A DNA stretch of 32,000 nt from Wolbachia endosymbiont of Onchocerca ochengi (GCF_000306885.1 NC_018267.1:360001-392000); one strand, 5' to 3'; positions 1 through 10,209 are shown, numbered from the stretch's first letter. A program made the numbers and translations. The notes: generated by a model from the letters alone, not told the origin.

Positions 1-376
1 TTTCCGATAGATCTATTAACCTACCTTCAACAAAGGGCCCTCTATCGTTAACCCTTACAACAAGTTTTCTTCCATTTTTTAAGTTAGTAACAAGAATAAA
101 ACATGGTAAAGGCAGAGTTCTATGCGCTGCAGAAATCAAGTGACGGTTAAATACTTCACCGTTTGCTGTAATTGTACTATGGCCTTCTATTCCGTACCAT
201 GATGCTATCCCCACCTCTTCGTAATGGTTACAGTGTTTTGGATGATAAGTTACACCATTTATTGTGTAGCTATTACCGATTTTATAGTGACCTGCAGTGC
301 TATTGCACCTGCTGCTAAGACCACAACTACTTACTAAAACAAATATTAGACACAGCAAAACTAGGTTTTTAATCAT
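1..376 (-). CDS. rlpA: RlpA-like septal lipoprotein (double-psi beta-barrel domain); N-terminal 125 codons only, as the 3' end runs off the window
   Basis: Own minus-strand translation from ATG at 376..374 gives MIKNLVLLCLIFVLVSSCGLSS, a signal peptide with lipobox LVSSC. It continues GIASWYGIEGHSTITANGEVFN...AAHRTLPLPCFILVTNLKNGRKLVVRVNDRGPF, the conserved RlpA core. It is absent from the ORF track because the window edge truncates it. Confidence 0.85.
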   Translation of the reverse strand, partial: MIKNLVLLCLIFVLVSSCGLSSRCNSTAGHYKIGNSYTINGVTYHPKHCNHYEEVGIASWYGIEGHSTITANGEVFNRHLISAAHRTLPLPCFILVTNLKNGRKLVVRVNDRGPFVEGRLIDLSE

Positions 377-461
377 TACATTCAGTGAAAAGGCTTAATT
401 ACTATAGTATTTTAAATTAAACTATAATAGATTTAGTAATAAGTAAACTTTTACATTAAAT

Positions 462-1925
462 ATGAACGATACTCGAAAAGAAACAATATACCTAATTGGC
501 ATAGGAGGAATTGGAATGAGCGCAATCGCTGAAATCCTTCACAACTCCAACTATAAAGTTCAAGGCAGTGATGTACGATCAAACGCCAATGTAGATAGGT
601 TACAAAAGTTAGGCATAGAGATCTATATTGGTCATAATGCTAATAATATCAAGCAAGCTCAAGTGGTCGTATATTCTTCTGCAATAAAATCTGATAATGT
701 TGAATTAGTTACAGCAAAAGATACCAACAAAATCATTTTGCATAGGTCAGATATACTTGCTGAAATCATGAAAGATAAATATGTAATAGCAGTTTCAGGC
801 TCAAGTGGAAAGACAACAACAACTGCTATGATTGCTTCCATTTTGGATTATTCCAGTGGACCACTTTCCGCTATCCAAATAGCTGATGCTAGTAGCAAAA
901 AAAAAGATTTAGATTCTAGCGTCACGCTCCAGAATAACACCAACATAGGAATTGATGCAACCGTAATTGTAGGAGGCATATTAAACTCCTATCAGAGTAA
1001 CTTAAAACTTGGAAAGAGTGACATTTTTTTAATCGAAGCTGATGAGTCTGATGGAACTATGCTAAAAATTCCTGCAAATATTGCTGTCATAACGAGTATC
1101 AATAACGACCACATAGAATATTATAGAACATTTAGTAACCTCAAAAATGCATTTTTTCAGTTTACAAATGAAGCAGATTTTGCAATTCTACCTGATTCTG
1201 TAAGCATTGATCATGATGCAAGTAATTCTATAACGTTTGGGCTTGAAGGTGGTAATATTAAAGCTAGCAACATTAAGCAGTATGCTAACAGTATTAGTAT
1301 TAGTTTCGATGTGTTAGTTAATAATAACCATAGAATAAAAAATGTGGTACTATCAAATGCAATAGGAATGCATAAAATCAGTAACGCCTTAGCTGCAATA
1401 TCCACTGCGATAAAACTAGGAATCAGTGATAAAGAGATTAAAAAAGGTCTCTTGGAATTTAAAGGAGTAGCAAGAAGATTTTCTTTAATCGCTAACATCA
1501 AAGGCCTCAAATTAATTGAGGATTATGCGCATCATCCTAATGAAATACAAGCAACTCTGACAGCAGCGCGTTTAATCGCTAAAGAAAAAGTAATAGGAGT
1601 CATCGAGCTATTTCGTTTTGTTCGTATTCATAATTTTTTTGATGAATTTATACGGATTTTGATGATGTTTGACTATATCATCCTCACCCCTATCCATCCT
1701 CTAGAAGATAAACCCATTCCTGGTTGCAGGATCAACGATATACAAAAAGCTCTATTAAGTAACGGGTTTAATAGTGTAAAGACTGCGAATGATGCTTTGC
1801 TCATTTCACATCTTATTAGTAATTTGACAAATTCAGGCGATGTAGTACTATTTATTGGTCCTAGCAATAACATAGCTAAACTAGCAAGAGAAACTACAAC
1901 ACTCATGTCAAAAATAAAAGTTTAA
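462..1925 (+). CDS. murC: UDP-N-acetylmuramate--L-alanine ligase MurC (divergent; see finding)
   Basis: The 487-aa ORF has the N-terminal Rossmann motif [15 protein letters not shown] and the Mur-ligase P-loop [13 protein letters not shown]. It also has EADESDG and EDYAHHPNE. Confidence 0.9.
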   Translation: MNDTRKETIYLIGIGGIGMSAIAEILHNSNYKVQGSDVRSNANVDRLQKLGIEIYIGHNANNIKQAQVVVYSSAIKSDNVELVTAKDTNKIILHRSDILAEIMKDKYVIAVSGSSGKTTTTAMIASILDYSSGPLSAIQIADASSKKKDLDSSVTLQNNTNIGIDATVIVGGILNSYQSNLKLGKSDIFLIEADESDGTMLKIPANIAVITSINNDHIEYYRTFSNLKNAFFQFTNEADFAILPDSVSIDHDASNSITFGLEGGNIKASNIKQYANSISISFDVLVNNNHRIKNVVLSNAIGMHKISNALAAISTAIKLGISDKEIKKGLLEFKGVARRFSLIANIKGLKLIEDYAHHPNEIQATLTAARLIAKEKVIGVIELFRFVRIHNFFDEFIRILMMFDYIILTPIHPLEDKPIPGCRINDIQKALLSNGFNSVKTANDALLISHLISNLTNSGDVVLFIGPSNNIAKLARETTTLMSKIKV

Positions 1926-1929
1926 TATA

Positions 1930-3195
1930 ATGAAAAAGATGATCAACAGTGTGTTCGCAAGAGAAATTTTAGATAGTAGAGGTTATCCAACTATTGAAGT
2001 AGAGATTGAACTCTGTGATGGAGCAATAGGTAGAGCATCTGTACCCTCTGGAGCTTCAACCGGCAAACTAGAAGCCTTAGAATTGAGAGATCAAGATGAA
2101 AAAAGATATTGTGGTAAGGGAGTATTGAAAGCAGTTCAAGCTGCAAACGTAGTGATAGCAAATAGGATCATTGGCATGGATGCAACAAACCAAAGTATAA
2201 TCGATCAAACTTTAATTGAACTCGATGAAACGAAAAATAAATCTAAACTTGGAGCAAATACAACCTTAGGGGTGTCTCTTGCAGTTGCAAAAGCAGCAGC
2301 AAATAGTTTTAAAATACCACTATATAAGTATTTAGGAGGCGAACAGGCAAATGTTATACCAGGTCCACTCATTAACATAATTAACGGAGGAGTACATGCA
2401 GATAATAAACTTGATTTTCAGGAGTTCATGATTCTCCCTGTTGGAGCTGAGACTCTAAGTGAAGCAATCAGAATGTCCGCGGAAGTGTTTCACAATTTGC
2501 GCAATATTCTTAAGAAAAATGGTTACAGTACAAACGTAGGAGATGAAGGTGGCTTTGCACCAAACATTGAAAGCACCGAAGAAGTACTTGACCTGATTAT
2601 ATACGCTATAGAATTTTCTGGTTATTCAGTGCACAATCACTTCACATTAGGTCTTGATGTTGCTTCATCTACCTTCTATGAAGATAGAGTTTATAAATTT
2701 AAAAATGGAGAGCTCACCTCAGAAGAATTGGCTGAGTATTATTTTAACCTTGTAGAAAAATATCCAATAACCTCTATAGAAGATGCAATGAGCGAAGACG
2801 ATTATGAAGGTTGGAAATTACTCACTGCAAGATTAGGAAATAAAATTCAATTGGTCGGAGATGATCTGTTTACTACAAATTGTCAACTAATACGTAAAGG
2901 AATAGAAGAAAACATGGCAAATGCTGTATTGATCAAACCAAATCAGATAGGAACATTAACAGAAACCTTAGCTGCTATCGAAATGGCAAGATTAAATGAC
3001 TATAAAGCTATTATTTCTCATCGCTCAGGTGAAACAGAAGACACAACAATATCTCACATAGCAGTTGCATCAAATTGCGGACAAATAAAAACTGGTTCGC
3101 TATCGCGTTCCGATAGGCTTGCAAAGTATAACGAACTAATGAGAATAGAAAGCACACTGGGAGAAAACGCTAAATATTATCATAAGTTAGTATGA
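1930..3195 (+). CDS. eno: enolase (phosphopyruvate hydratase)
   Basis: The 421-aa ORF contains [38 protein letters not shown] and [12 protein letters not shown], all canonical enolase motifs. Confidence 0.96.
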   Translation: MKKMINSVFAREILDSRGYPTIEVEIELCDGAIGRASVPSGASTGKLEALELRDQDEKRYCGKGVLKAVQAANVVIANRIIGMDATNQSIIDQTLIELDETKNKSKLGANTTLGVSLAVAKAAANSFKIPLYKYLGGEQANVIPGPLINIINGGVHADNKLDFQEFMILPVGAETLSEAIRMSAEVFHNLRNILKKNGYSTNVGDEGGFAPNIESTEEVLDLIIYAIEFSGYSVHNHFTLGLDVASSTFYEDRVYKFKNGELTSEELAEYYFNLVEKYPITSIEDAMSEDDYEGWKLLTARLGNKIQLVGDDLFTTNCQLIRKGIEENMANAVLIKPNQIGTLTETLAAIEMARLNDYKAIISHRSGETEDTTISHIAVASNCGQIKTGSLSRSDRLAKYNELMRIESTLGENAKYYHKLV

Positions 3196-4217
3196 ATTTC
3201 ATAGACGAAGTTGAATTATATTTAGAAGCAGGTGATGGAGGTGATGGCTGCGCAAGCTTTCGTCGAGAAAAATTTGTTGAATTTGGTGGTCCAAACGGCG
3301 GTAACGGAGGAAAGGGAGGAAACATAGTTTTTGTTAGCGATGCAAATCTCAATACTTTACTTAACTTTCATTATATGAGACACATTAAAGCAAATGATGG
3401 AAAAAATGGTGCAAGCAGAGGCAGATCTGGTACAGCAGGGAAGGATATTATACTTAAAGTTCCAGTTGGTACACAAATAATCGATGAAGAAAATGAGGAA
3501 GTAATAGTAGATTTCGATAAACCTGATATGAAATTTCAAGCAGCACAAGGTGGTAAAGGTGGACTTGGAAATACTAATTTTAAATCCTCTACTAATAAGG
3601 CACCAAGATGTTTTACTTACGGTCAGCTTGGTGAGAAAAGAAACATAACATTAAAGCTGAAAGTTTTATCGGATGTCGGTATTATTGGCATGCCAAATGT
3701 AGGTAAATCAAAATTTTTAACTCGTTGTTCAAATGCAGATACAAGGGTAGAAAATTATCCATTCACCACCATCAGGCCACATTTAGGTGTAGCAAAGGTG
3801 GATGACAGCAAGATTGTGATAGCAGATATTCCTGGAATCATTATTGATGCTCATCTTGGAGTTGGGCTCGGTCACAAGTTTTTAAAACATATAGAAAGGT
3901 GCAAAATTTTACTACACTTTATTGACATAATTCATGATGATGTTATTTCAGCTTATAATTGTACACGCAATGAGTTGAAGCTTTACAATTATAATCTCAT
4001 TAAAAAGGAAGAAATTGTAGTATTAAACAAATGCGACTTGTTGCAAGAAGCAGAAATTCTTAAAAAGAGAAATTACTTAGTTAATTATCTTAATAAAGAA
4101 ATACTATGTTTATCAATTAATGATGATTTACAGCCTATTCTAAGATTATTAAGTGAGAAATTAAAAAAAAGCGACTCAAAAAGAACTACTAATGTATACG
4201 ACCCTTTCAAGATATAA
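3192..4217 (+). CDS. obg: GTPase Obg/CgtA
   Basis: The 341-aa ORF has the glycine-rich Obg fold ([28 protein letters not shown]). It also has G1 GMPNVGKS, G3 DIPG and G4 NKCD. Its ATG overlaps the eno stop in an ATGA overlap. Confidence 0.94.
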   Translation: MNFIDEVELYLEAGDGGDGCASFRREKFVEFGGPNGGNGGKGGNIVFVSDANLNTLLNFHYMRHIKANDGKNGASRGRSGTAGKDIILKVPVGTQIIDEENEEVIVDFDKPDMKFQAAQGGKGGLGNTNFKSSTNKAPRCFTYGQLGEKRNITLKLKVLSDVGIIGMPNVGKSKFLTRCSNADTRVENYPFTTIRPHLGVAKVDDSKIVIADIPGIIIDAHLGVGLGHKFLKHIERCKILLHFIDIIHDDVISAYNCTRNELKLYNYNLIKKEEIVVLNKCDLLQEAEILKKRNYLVNYLNKEILCLSINDDLQPILRLLSEKLKKSDSKRTTNVYDPFKI

Positions 4218-4584
4218 ACTCCCCCCTATTCAATACTTATACAGGCATGTGATAATTAAGGATTTTAATAGCTTAAGTGGTTTTTTATTAAGAGTATAAA
4301 ATTTTAGACATAAGGTCCACCACATAAAAAAAGATTCAAAAAAAATGTAATGCATACGTGAAAGAGATTAAACACGTGTATACGCACCTATGTACATTAA
4401 AAAATGTGTACACTTCATTTTAACTGAAATTTAGATAAAAACCTGTAGGCAGAGATAAATTTTAAGCTCTCTAAATACCTTTATTGTAACCAGTAGTATC
4501 ATTAAATAAACAAATAAAGTAATCTCTTTATACTAAGAAATCTTAATTTTACTTTAGTTATTAATCATCTTGAAGTTAAATATC

Positions 4585-4613
4585 TTGACATCTACTCAAT
4601 GCTACTACATAAT
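4585..4613 (+). promoter_or_regulatory. sigma-70-like promoter for the tmRNA precursor
   Basis: TTGACA (4585..4590), a 17-nt spacer, then CATAAT (4608..4613). This predicts a start near 4620, just upstream of the tmRNA acceptor piece. Confidence 0.55.
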
Positions 4614-4619
4614 AAGTGT

Positions 4620-4915
4620 GTGCATTTTGTACACTATGGCAATAAAATTACCTTGTAATAGGTGTATTGGACCCGAGGGCAGTACTCGGCGCCTCCACCA
4701 TATTTTTACATGGGGGTGAATAAGGATCGACATACATAGTAAAGATGGTAGCTTTGCTCGGTCAGATACCACCGTTAAGAGTTTATAATTTAGATGCAAA
4801 CGATAATTTTGCTGCTAATGGTAATGTTGTAGCATTAGTTGCTTAAACTAAGCTATAATCTTATTACTATAAGCACGGTTTGGGAACGCCGGGTAACAGA
4901 AAGTTCCCCAAGAAT
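4620..4915 (+). ncRNA. ssrA: circularly permuted (two-piece) tmRNA: acceptor piece, then spacer, then coding piece
   Basis: - T-arm CCGAG-GGCAGTA-CTCGG at 4673..4689, followed by CGCCTCC-ACCA ending at 4700.
- An 11-nt spacer, then GGGGGTGAATAAGGATCGAC from 4712.
- GGGGGTG pairs with CGCCTCC, including a G3:U pair as in tRNA-Ala.
- Tag frame GCA at 4796 to TAA at 4844..4846 encodes ANDNFAANGNVVALVA.
- Terminal hairpin TTGGGAAC...GTTCCCCAA around 4880..4909.
- The outer ends (4620, 4915) are approximate. Confidence 0.88.
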
Positions 4916-4934
4916 TTATGTGTATAAAAGTTAT

Positions 4935-5372
4935 ATGAATAAAACAGATTACAAAAAATCACTTACTTTTGCAAAGTTTCAAGTTGTCAAAAAGGCTTTA
5001 GCCATCATATCAGATAATGATTTCACACCTCATTTAGAAATACTATTTTTTACATATTTTAATGGTGTTATCGTGCCAGATTATTTGAAAAAGTCATACC
5101 CTACCCAAATGCTTATCATATTACAGCATCAGTTTCATGGTTTAAAAGTTTCTGAGGACAGATTTAGTGTCAGGTTAAGCTTTCACGGAAAACAAGAACA
5201 AATTACTGTATCACTTTTTGCTATCAGTGAGTTTCACGATAAAACTTCAGGAGATGTTTTAATATTTGATAAAATCAGTATAAATTCTGACAAAAAATAC
5301 AATGGTAAAAAATGTACTAAAAAATTATTAAGCAGTAGCATTATACATATAGATCAGCTGCGTGATAAGTAG
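4935..5372 (+). CDS. sspB: SspB-like ClpXP adaptor (stringent starvation protein B family)
   Basis: From ATG 4935 the product aligns by eye with E. coli SspB. Examples are DNDFTPHLEILF against NQLTPHLVVD, and NGVIVPDYL...QMLIILQHQFHGLKVSEDRFSVRLSFHGKQEQITVSLFAISEF against GVQVPMEY...QIVLNIAPRAVGNLELANDEVRFNARFGGIPRQVSVPLAAVLAIY. The track ORF starts at a TTG (4839) inside the tmRNA and is probably over-extended. Confidence 0.8.
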   Translation: MNKTDYKKSLTFAKFQVVKKALAIISDNDFTPHLEILFFTYFNGVIVPDYLKKSYPTQMLIILQHQFHGLKVSEDRFSVRLSFHGKQEQITVSLFAISEFHDKTSGDVLIFDKISINSDKKYNGKKCTKKLLSSSIIHIDQLRDK

Positions 5373-6566
5373 TCATTGAAAATTCAGTTTCATAACACGC
5401 AAAAGAGGGAAAAAGTTACCTTAATTAAACAATGAGCGGAAGATTTTGTATTGTGATTTATTTAGACGTAATTAGGAAACATGTTTTTTCCACATCAATG
5501 AATATTTATGTACATAATCACTAATTACAAGTCGGATAGCTGCCTGAAGTTGCCCAGCACTTGAATTATTAAGATTCCTATTTGGTGATTATTTTTAATC
5601 ATCCCTAAAATAATCACACACAATTCCAGCTTTAGAACATGCCGTACTGTAGTATCTTCGAAAGTAACAGAATCAATCAGATATTTTTCATTGAATCTCA
5701 AGCCTCATCCTCATCTTAAATCCATCTCTGTTTTCTTTTAGAAAGGTTTTTATTCTATCAAGTGTATTACCCATAGTAAGAGTGGCTGAGGCAAAGTATC
5801 AATTAACTGCTTATACAAGTTATGTAGGAATACTCTCTTTTTTTATTTTCAGTATCATTTGAGCTTGAAATTACAAATTCCTCTTACTTACATACAAATT
5901 CGCAGCTTTTAGTTTTACTATATACAATTACTATTAATTCAACAACATAATTTAAAGGAGTATTTCCAAGAAAATTCTTTATATTAATACTCACCTTTAC
6001 TTTCCAAGCCTTCTTTAAGAAATACTAACCTCAATCATTAACACAAGACCTGAATAATGATCGTTCTCCGCTTTTAAGAGTTAATATTATTCTTCACTTA
6101 AATTACCACCACCTTCCATCTGCTGACTTACATACTACATTTTGATCTTACCCTATTTTGAACATTGCTTAGTTTTCACAAGTACCAGTTTAATTATATT
6201 GATCTACATTATACGCACCACCATAATTGGTGTAGCTCATATCAAAGTACTCAAAAGATTGAAGGTTTTAAGATTTAACATTGCTATATGTTCGGTCAAG
6301 CTTACCAAAATTAAAGTCGTAGTTATTATTATTCACAAGCACAGCAGATACATAAGAAACATTATTCCCTCAATAATTTTAATCTTATCTGTCGCAGAAG
6401 GCAAAGTTATGTTGATAGTTTTTCCTGCTATTTTTCAATTCAATCATATCATCTAGCATAAGTATTTACCACTGATTAATCTATAAGTCATAATTACTCT
6501 CAACAAACTCTAATTTTGATATTATTAGGTTAGGAGAATAAAGCAACTTCAGTAATTGATAGACCT
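5373..6566. other. gene-free, stop-saturated tract; probable decayed gene remnants, mainly minus strand
   Basis: The only ORF of at least 60 aa is the low-complexity 6142..6456. The plus strand has more C than G. Minus-strand translation of 6360..6181 gives VSYVSAVLVNNNNYDFNFGKLDRTYSNVKS*NLQSFEYFDMSYTNYGGAYNVDQYN*. Confidence 0.4.
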
Positions 6567-6749
6567 TCAGGTGTAACTTTTCCTAACCAGCATCGATAAA
6601 AATAAAGAGCGCCGAAGTGTAGTATCTACAACTGCATGATCGCTCAAAAACGCAATAATATCTTTAATAATATAGTCTTCTTTAGCAAAATTCTGGATTT
6701 CTTTCGGGATTAGAGTATCATTAACATCAATAACAGATCTAAAGAACAA
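6567..6749 (-). CDS. short hypothetical ORF (TTG start), possibly another gene fragment
   Basis: This 60-aa ORF has no recognisable motif and sits at the edge of the decayed tract. The downstream frames contain EGLSITEVALFS, which weakly resembles a helix-turn-helix. Confidence 0.15.
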   Translation of the reverse strand: MFFRSVIDVNDTLIPKEIQNFAKEDYIIKDIIAFLSDHAVVDTTLRRSLFLSMLVRKSYT

Positions 6750-6754
6750 AGAAA

Positions 6755-7378
6755 TTGAACATGGTAAAATGGCTAATACCTGATCAGCTTATTGATTATA
6801 AGTATGCTGTAAAATTCATGGAAACAAAAGTTCAAGAAATTTATAACAATTCATCCGACGAGCTAGTATGGCTACTCCAACATCCTCCACTATACACAGC
6901 AGGGATTAGTGCAATAGATGATGAAATCGTTGAAGAATTGTTTCCTGTGCATAAAACAGGTAGGGGTGGTAAGTATACATACCATGGTCCAGGACAGCGT
7001 ATTATATATTTAATGTTGAACCTTAAAAAAAGAAATAAATGCGATATAAAACTATATATTAGAAACCTAAGTAATTGGATCATAAGCGTTTTAAGGCACT
7101 TCAATATATTTGGAAAATTCAAAGAAGATAGAATAGGTGTTTGGGTAACTAAAAATGGAGTAGAAGAAAAAATAGCAGCTTTCGGTATTCGTTTAAGAAA
7201 ATGGGTAACTTACCATGGTATAGCGCTCAACGTCTCTCCAGATCTTTCTCACTACAAGGGCATTATCCCTTGTGGACTAAAAGACTACGGTATTACATCA
7301 ATGAAAAAACTAGGAGTTGAAGCTCCACTGCCTGAATTAGATGATATACTAAAAAAAGAGTTTTATAAGATATTTTAA
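6755..7378 (+). CDS. lipB: octanoyltransferase LipB (lipoate-protein ligase B)
   Basis: Contains LLQHPPLYTAG, HKTGRGGKYTYHGPGQ and AFGIRLRKWVTYHGIALN. The track start 6755 is a TTG, so the ATG at 6761 (MVKWLIP) is a likelier start. Confidence 0.92.
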   Translation: MNMVKWLIPDQLIDYKYAVKFMETKVQEIYNNSSDELVWLLQHPPLYTAGISAIDDEIVEELFPVHKTGRGGKYTYHGPGQRIIYLMLNLKKRNKCDIKLYIRNLSNWIISVLRHFNIFGKFKEDRIGVWVTKNGVEEKIAAFGIRLRKWVTYHGIALNVSPDLSHYKGIIPCGLKDYGITSMKKLGVEAPLPELDDILKKEFYKIF

Positions 7379-7510
7379 TATATTTCATCATCGTTTACTT
7401 TTTATACTCCAATTTATTTTCTATATAGACTAACTCTATCTATAACAATCAAAATCAAGTTGATATTATTCTTCCCTCTTCCAAGAGAAAAGAGTTAGAC
7501 CTTATTACTA

Positions 7511-7550
7511 TTAAATATCAAAGCTTTTACTATAACGCTTTGATATTTAA
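7511..7550. repeat. perfect 14-bp inverted repeat with a 12-nt loop
   Basis: TTAAATATCAAAGC (7511..7524), loop ttttactataac, then GCTTTGATATTTAA (7537..7550). It lies about 130 nt downstream of lipB in a gene-free tract. Confidence 0.6.
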
Positions 7551-8044
7551 CTTTCACCCATTTTTTGGAGAAAATATGCAGTAATGACAATCCTCTTTTT
7601 TCCAACTTTGATAAATTTTGAGCAAATAATTTTGATTAGTACACCAATTAATAATAGCAAAATAATTTAGTATATTAGGGAAAATATGAACTTTTTATCT
7701 AATTTCCTATTTAGAAAGATAATCCTCTAGTAAAAAAGAAAGAATTATTTAAAACAAGCTCATATTTCTAGTGAAGTGGAAGCAGAAATTTTGATAACTT
7801 TACTAACTTCGGTACAATAATCTATTGAATCTATAAAAGAAAGATTCACAGAAAGTGTCAATTTTTCTATATCAATTTTCCAATAAAATAGGCAAATTCA
7901 TGATCATTATATAATCCTTTATTCTTTAACACTTACACTACTATTATAGTGTCAAGACGAGAAAAAAGATTTTTATTTCTTATGGGTATATACAAAACAT
8001 AAATTTTGCAGATTAATTTGCAATTAAATATCTGTAAAATCATC

Positions 8045-8842
8045 CTAACAAAAATATTTCAATGCATTTTCAAATATGAGCATCCCATCACCATACTTTG
8101 GCACAGCGGACTTTAGGCGCTTACACTTTTCTTTTTCAAGTGGCCAGTTATCTTGCTGAGTAAAAAATATCCCTCTCTCCGGATGAGGCATTAAAGCTAA
8201 CACCTTACCATTCCTATCTGACAAAGCTGCTAAGTCATATATGGATCCATTTGGATTATAAGGAAACCGCAAGTTAGCATAGTTACCATTCTCATCAACG
8301 TAACGCAGTGCAATAGAGTTATTTTTAATCAAATGGCTCAAAACACCATTGCTCATAAAAAACTTACCTTCCCCATGAGCAATAGGAAGATACAACTCAT
8401 CTAGACCATGTAGCCAAATAGAATTACTATGTGGATTAACTTTAACTCTAATCCAACGACATTGATAATTGCCTATATCATTACGTACTAAAGCTAAATC
8501 AAAAAATTCTGGAATTAATTTTACTAATATTTGACAACCGTTGCATATTCCTATAACAAGCCTGTCCTTAGATAAAAAATCTTGAAATTGATTCAATAAG
8601 TTGTTCTTAATGCGTAGAGCAAAAGCATTACCAGCACCAGTGTTATCACCGTAAGAAAAACCACCTGGAATTACAAGTATATCACTCGATTTCAATTCAC
8701 CCGGATTACATATAATCTCATTAATATGAACAATTTTTACTTCTACATTACTAATACCAAGTTTTCTGCTACACTCTACAAATGCAAATGCAGTTTCTTT
8801 TTCACAATTTAAACCATAACCAAATAAAATAATAACTTTCAT
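8045..8842 (-). CDS. purQ: phosphoribosylformylglycinamidine synthase, glutamine amidotransferase subunit (PurQ)
   Basis: The 265-aa ORF has a class-I GATase layout. Motifs are VIPGGFSYGD, nucleophile elbow GICNGCQIL, and MPHPER. Confidence 0.88.
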   Translation of the reverse strand: MKVIILFGYGLNCEKETAFAFVECSRKLGISNVEVKIVHINEIICNPGELKSSDILVIPGGFSYGDNTGAGNAFALRIKNNLLNQFQDFLSKDRLVIGICNGCQILVKLIPEFFDLALVRNDIGNYQCRWIRVKVNPHSNSIWLHGLDELYLPIAHGEGKFFMSNGVLSHLIKNNSIALRYVDENGNYANLRFPYNPNGSIYDLAALSDRNGKVLALMPHPERGIFFTQQDNWPLEKEKCKRLKSAVPKYGDGMLIFENALKYFC

Positions 8843-8845
8843 GAA

Positions 8846-10096
8846 TTAAAAATTAAAAAACTCAAATTTTCTTCTCACAAAATTTGCCACTAAATTTAGA
8901 GCAAATAACATTATCAGTAAAGCTATAATTGCAATAGCAGCAAGTTCAATAAACGCAATTTCAGGACTACTTGACCATATGTATATTTGTACAGGTAAAA
9001 CAGTTGCTGGATCGAAAAAGGATACAGGCGTATCAGCGATAAATGCTACCGTACCCACCATAAGCAAAGGAGAAGATTCACCTAAAACTCTTGCAACCGC
9101 AAGCATAGTACCATGTATTATTCTTGGTAACGCAATCGGCAAAGAGTGATCTAATATTACCTTGATATGAGGAGCCCCAAGAGCAAAAGCTGCATCCTTT
9201 ATCGTAATAGGAACATTTGCAAAGGCATTTTTTGTTGCAATTATAATATTAGGCAACATCATAAATGAAAGAGTCATTCCACTAACAATTGGCGAAGAAC
9301 GAGGTAGTTCAAATATGCCAAGATAGAGGGTTAGGCCTACTACTCCAAATATTATTGAAGGTACTGCAGCCAAATTATTTATACTAACCTCTACAATATT
9401 AGTCATTACACTATTTCTTGACATAAACTCATGAAGATAAACACCTGACATAATTCCTATTGGTAATGCTAAAGCTAAGCATACCATAATCGTCATTAAA
9501 GAGCCAACAAATGCTCCTAAAATTCCTGCATTTTCAGGTTCACGAGAATCAGATTTAAGAAACAAAGATTTATTAAAGAATTTTTTTACCCTTTTCTTCT
9601 CTTTTAGCCAGTTAAGTAATTTAGCGTGATGATCATTAAAATACTTATTCTTATTTATTGAATTAATTATACTTGATGCGGTAAACCAGATTTCATATTT
9701 ACCACCATACTCCACTTTTCTACAAAAAAAGTTCTCTAACTCCTTATAAGAACTACGACTCAGAATCTCGTCACTATTTTTAAAATCAGTTCCTTTAAAT
9801 ACTCTACGCAGTGAATCATTAAGTAGTTCAATGGATTTGTATCTTAAATCACTAGGACTACCCGCTAAAAAAAAATCAGAGTTTACTTCTATTGGCAATA
9901 AAATTTTTGTTATTGTTAAGGCGCTATAAGAGTTAATTAATATACTCAGCAATATACATATAGGACAACCAAGTGAAATAACTAACGTTATAAAAGAACA
10001 AAAATACAATACTCTATTTCTTTTATTTTTCTTTTTTATACGAGTGTGTACACGCCTGGAGCGAAGCAACCTAAGGAATTTTGTCTCTATGCTCAT
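8846..10096 (-). CDS. pstA: phosphate ABC transporter permease PstA (long alphaproteobacterial form)
   Basis: The 416-aa ORF has one N-terminal TM helix, a loop of about 130 aa, then the permease core. The core reads GILGAFVGSLMTIMVCLALALPIGIMSGVYLHEF...VEVSINNLAAVPSIIFGVVGL. No pstC, pstB or pstS is adjacent. Confidence 0.85.
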   Translation of the reverse strand: MSIETKFLRLLRSRRVHTRIKKKNKRNRVLYFCSFITLVISLGCPICILLSILINSYSALTITKILLPIEVNSDFFLAGSPSDLRYKSIELLNDSLRRVFKGTDFKNSDEILSRSSYKELENFFCRKVEYGGKYEIWFTASSIINSINKNKYFNDHHAKLLNWLKEKKRVKKFFNKSLFLKSDSREPENAGILGAFVGSLMTIMVCLALALPIGIMSGVYLHEFMSRNSVMTNIVEVSINNLAAVPSIIFGVVGLTLYLGIFELPRSSPIVSGMTLSFMMLPNIIIATKNAFANVPITIKDAAFALGAPHIKVILDHSLPIALPRIIHGTMLAVARVLGESSPLLMVGTVAFIADTPVSFFDPATVLPVQIYIWSSSPEIAFIELAAIAIIALLIMLFALNLVANFVRRKFEFFNF

Positions 10097-10209
10097 TTTA
10101 TAACTATTCTAAATAAGATATTCTCTCATATTAAATACTAATACCTTTTTTGTCACCTTAGTGCTCACATTATTGTATGATGTTGACGTCAAAACTCCAT
10201 TTCACTCAC

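Noticed and set aside
4673-4700. tRNA-like T-arm plus an acceptor 3' strand ending in ACCA, with a G:U pair suggesting tRNA-Ala
   Set aside because: No D-arm or anticodon arm lies upstream. The matching 5' acceptor strand lies downstream at 4712, so this is the permuted tmRNA and not a tRNA gene.
4605-4799. 64-aa minus-strand ORF (MHLNYKLLTVV...)
   Set aside because: It lies entirely antisense to the tmRNA acceptor stem, T-arm and tag region and starts at a TTG. It is an artefact of the structured RNA gene.
4839-4934. TTG-initiated N-terminal extension of the sspB ORF (MLKLSYNLITISTVWERRVTESSPRIYVYKSY)
   Set aside because: It overlaps the tmRNA tag stop and 3' hairpin. SspB homology only begins after the ATG at 4935.
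6142-6456. 104-aa plus-strand ORF (MILPYFEHCLVFTS...)
   Set aside because: It has a TTG start and low-complexity I/L/V-rich composition typical of a random frame in AT-rich DNA. It is antisense to the more protein-like minus-strand remnants and has no motifs.
10183-10192. Perfect 10-bp palindrome TTGACGTCAA downstream of rplS
   Set aside because: It is a short single copy with no flanking structure, and is plausible by chance. There is no basis to assign a function.
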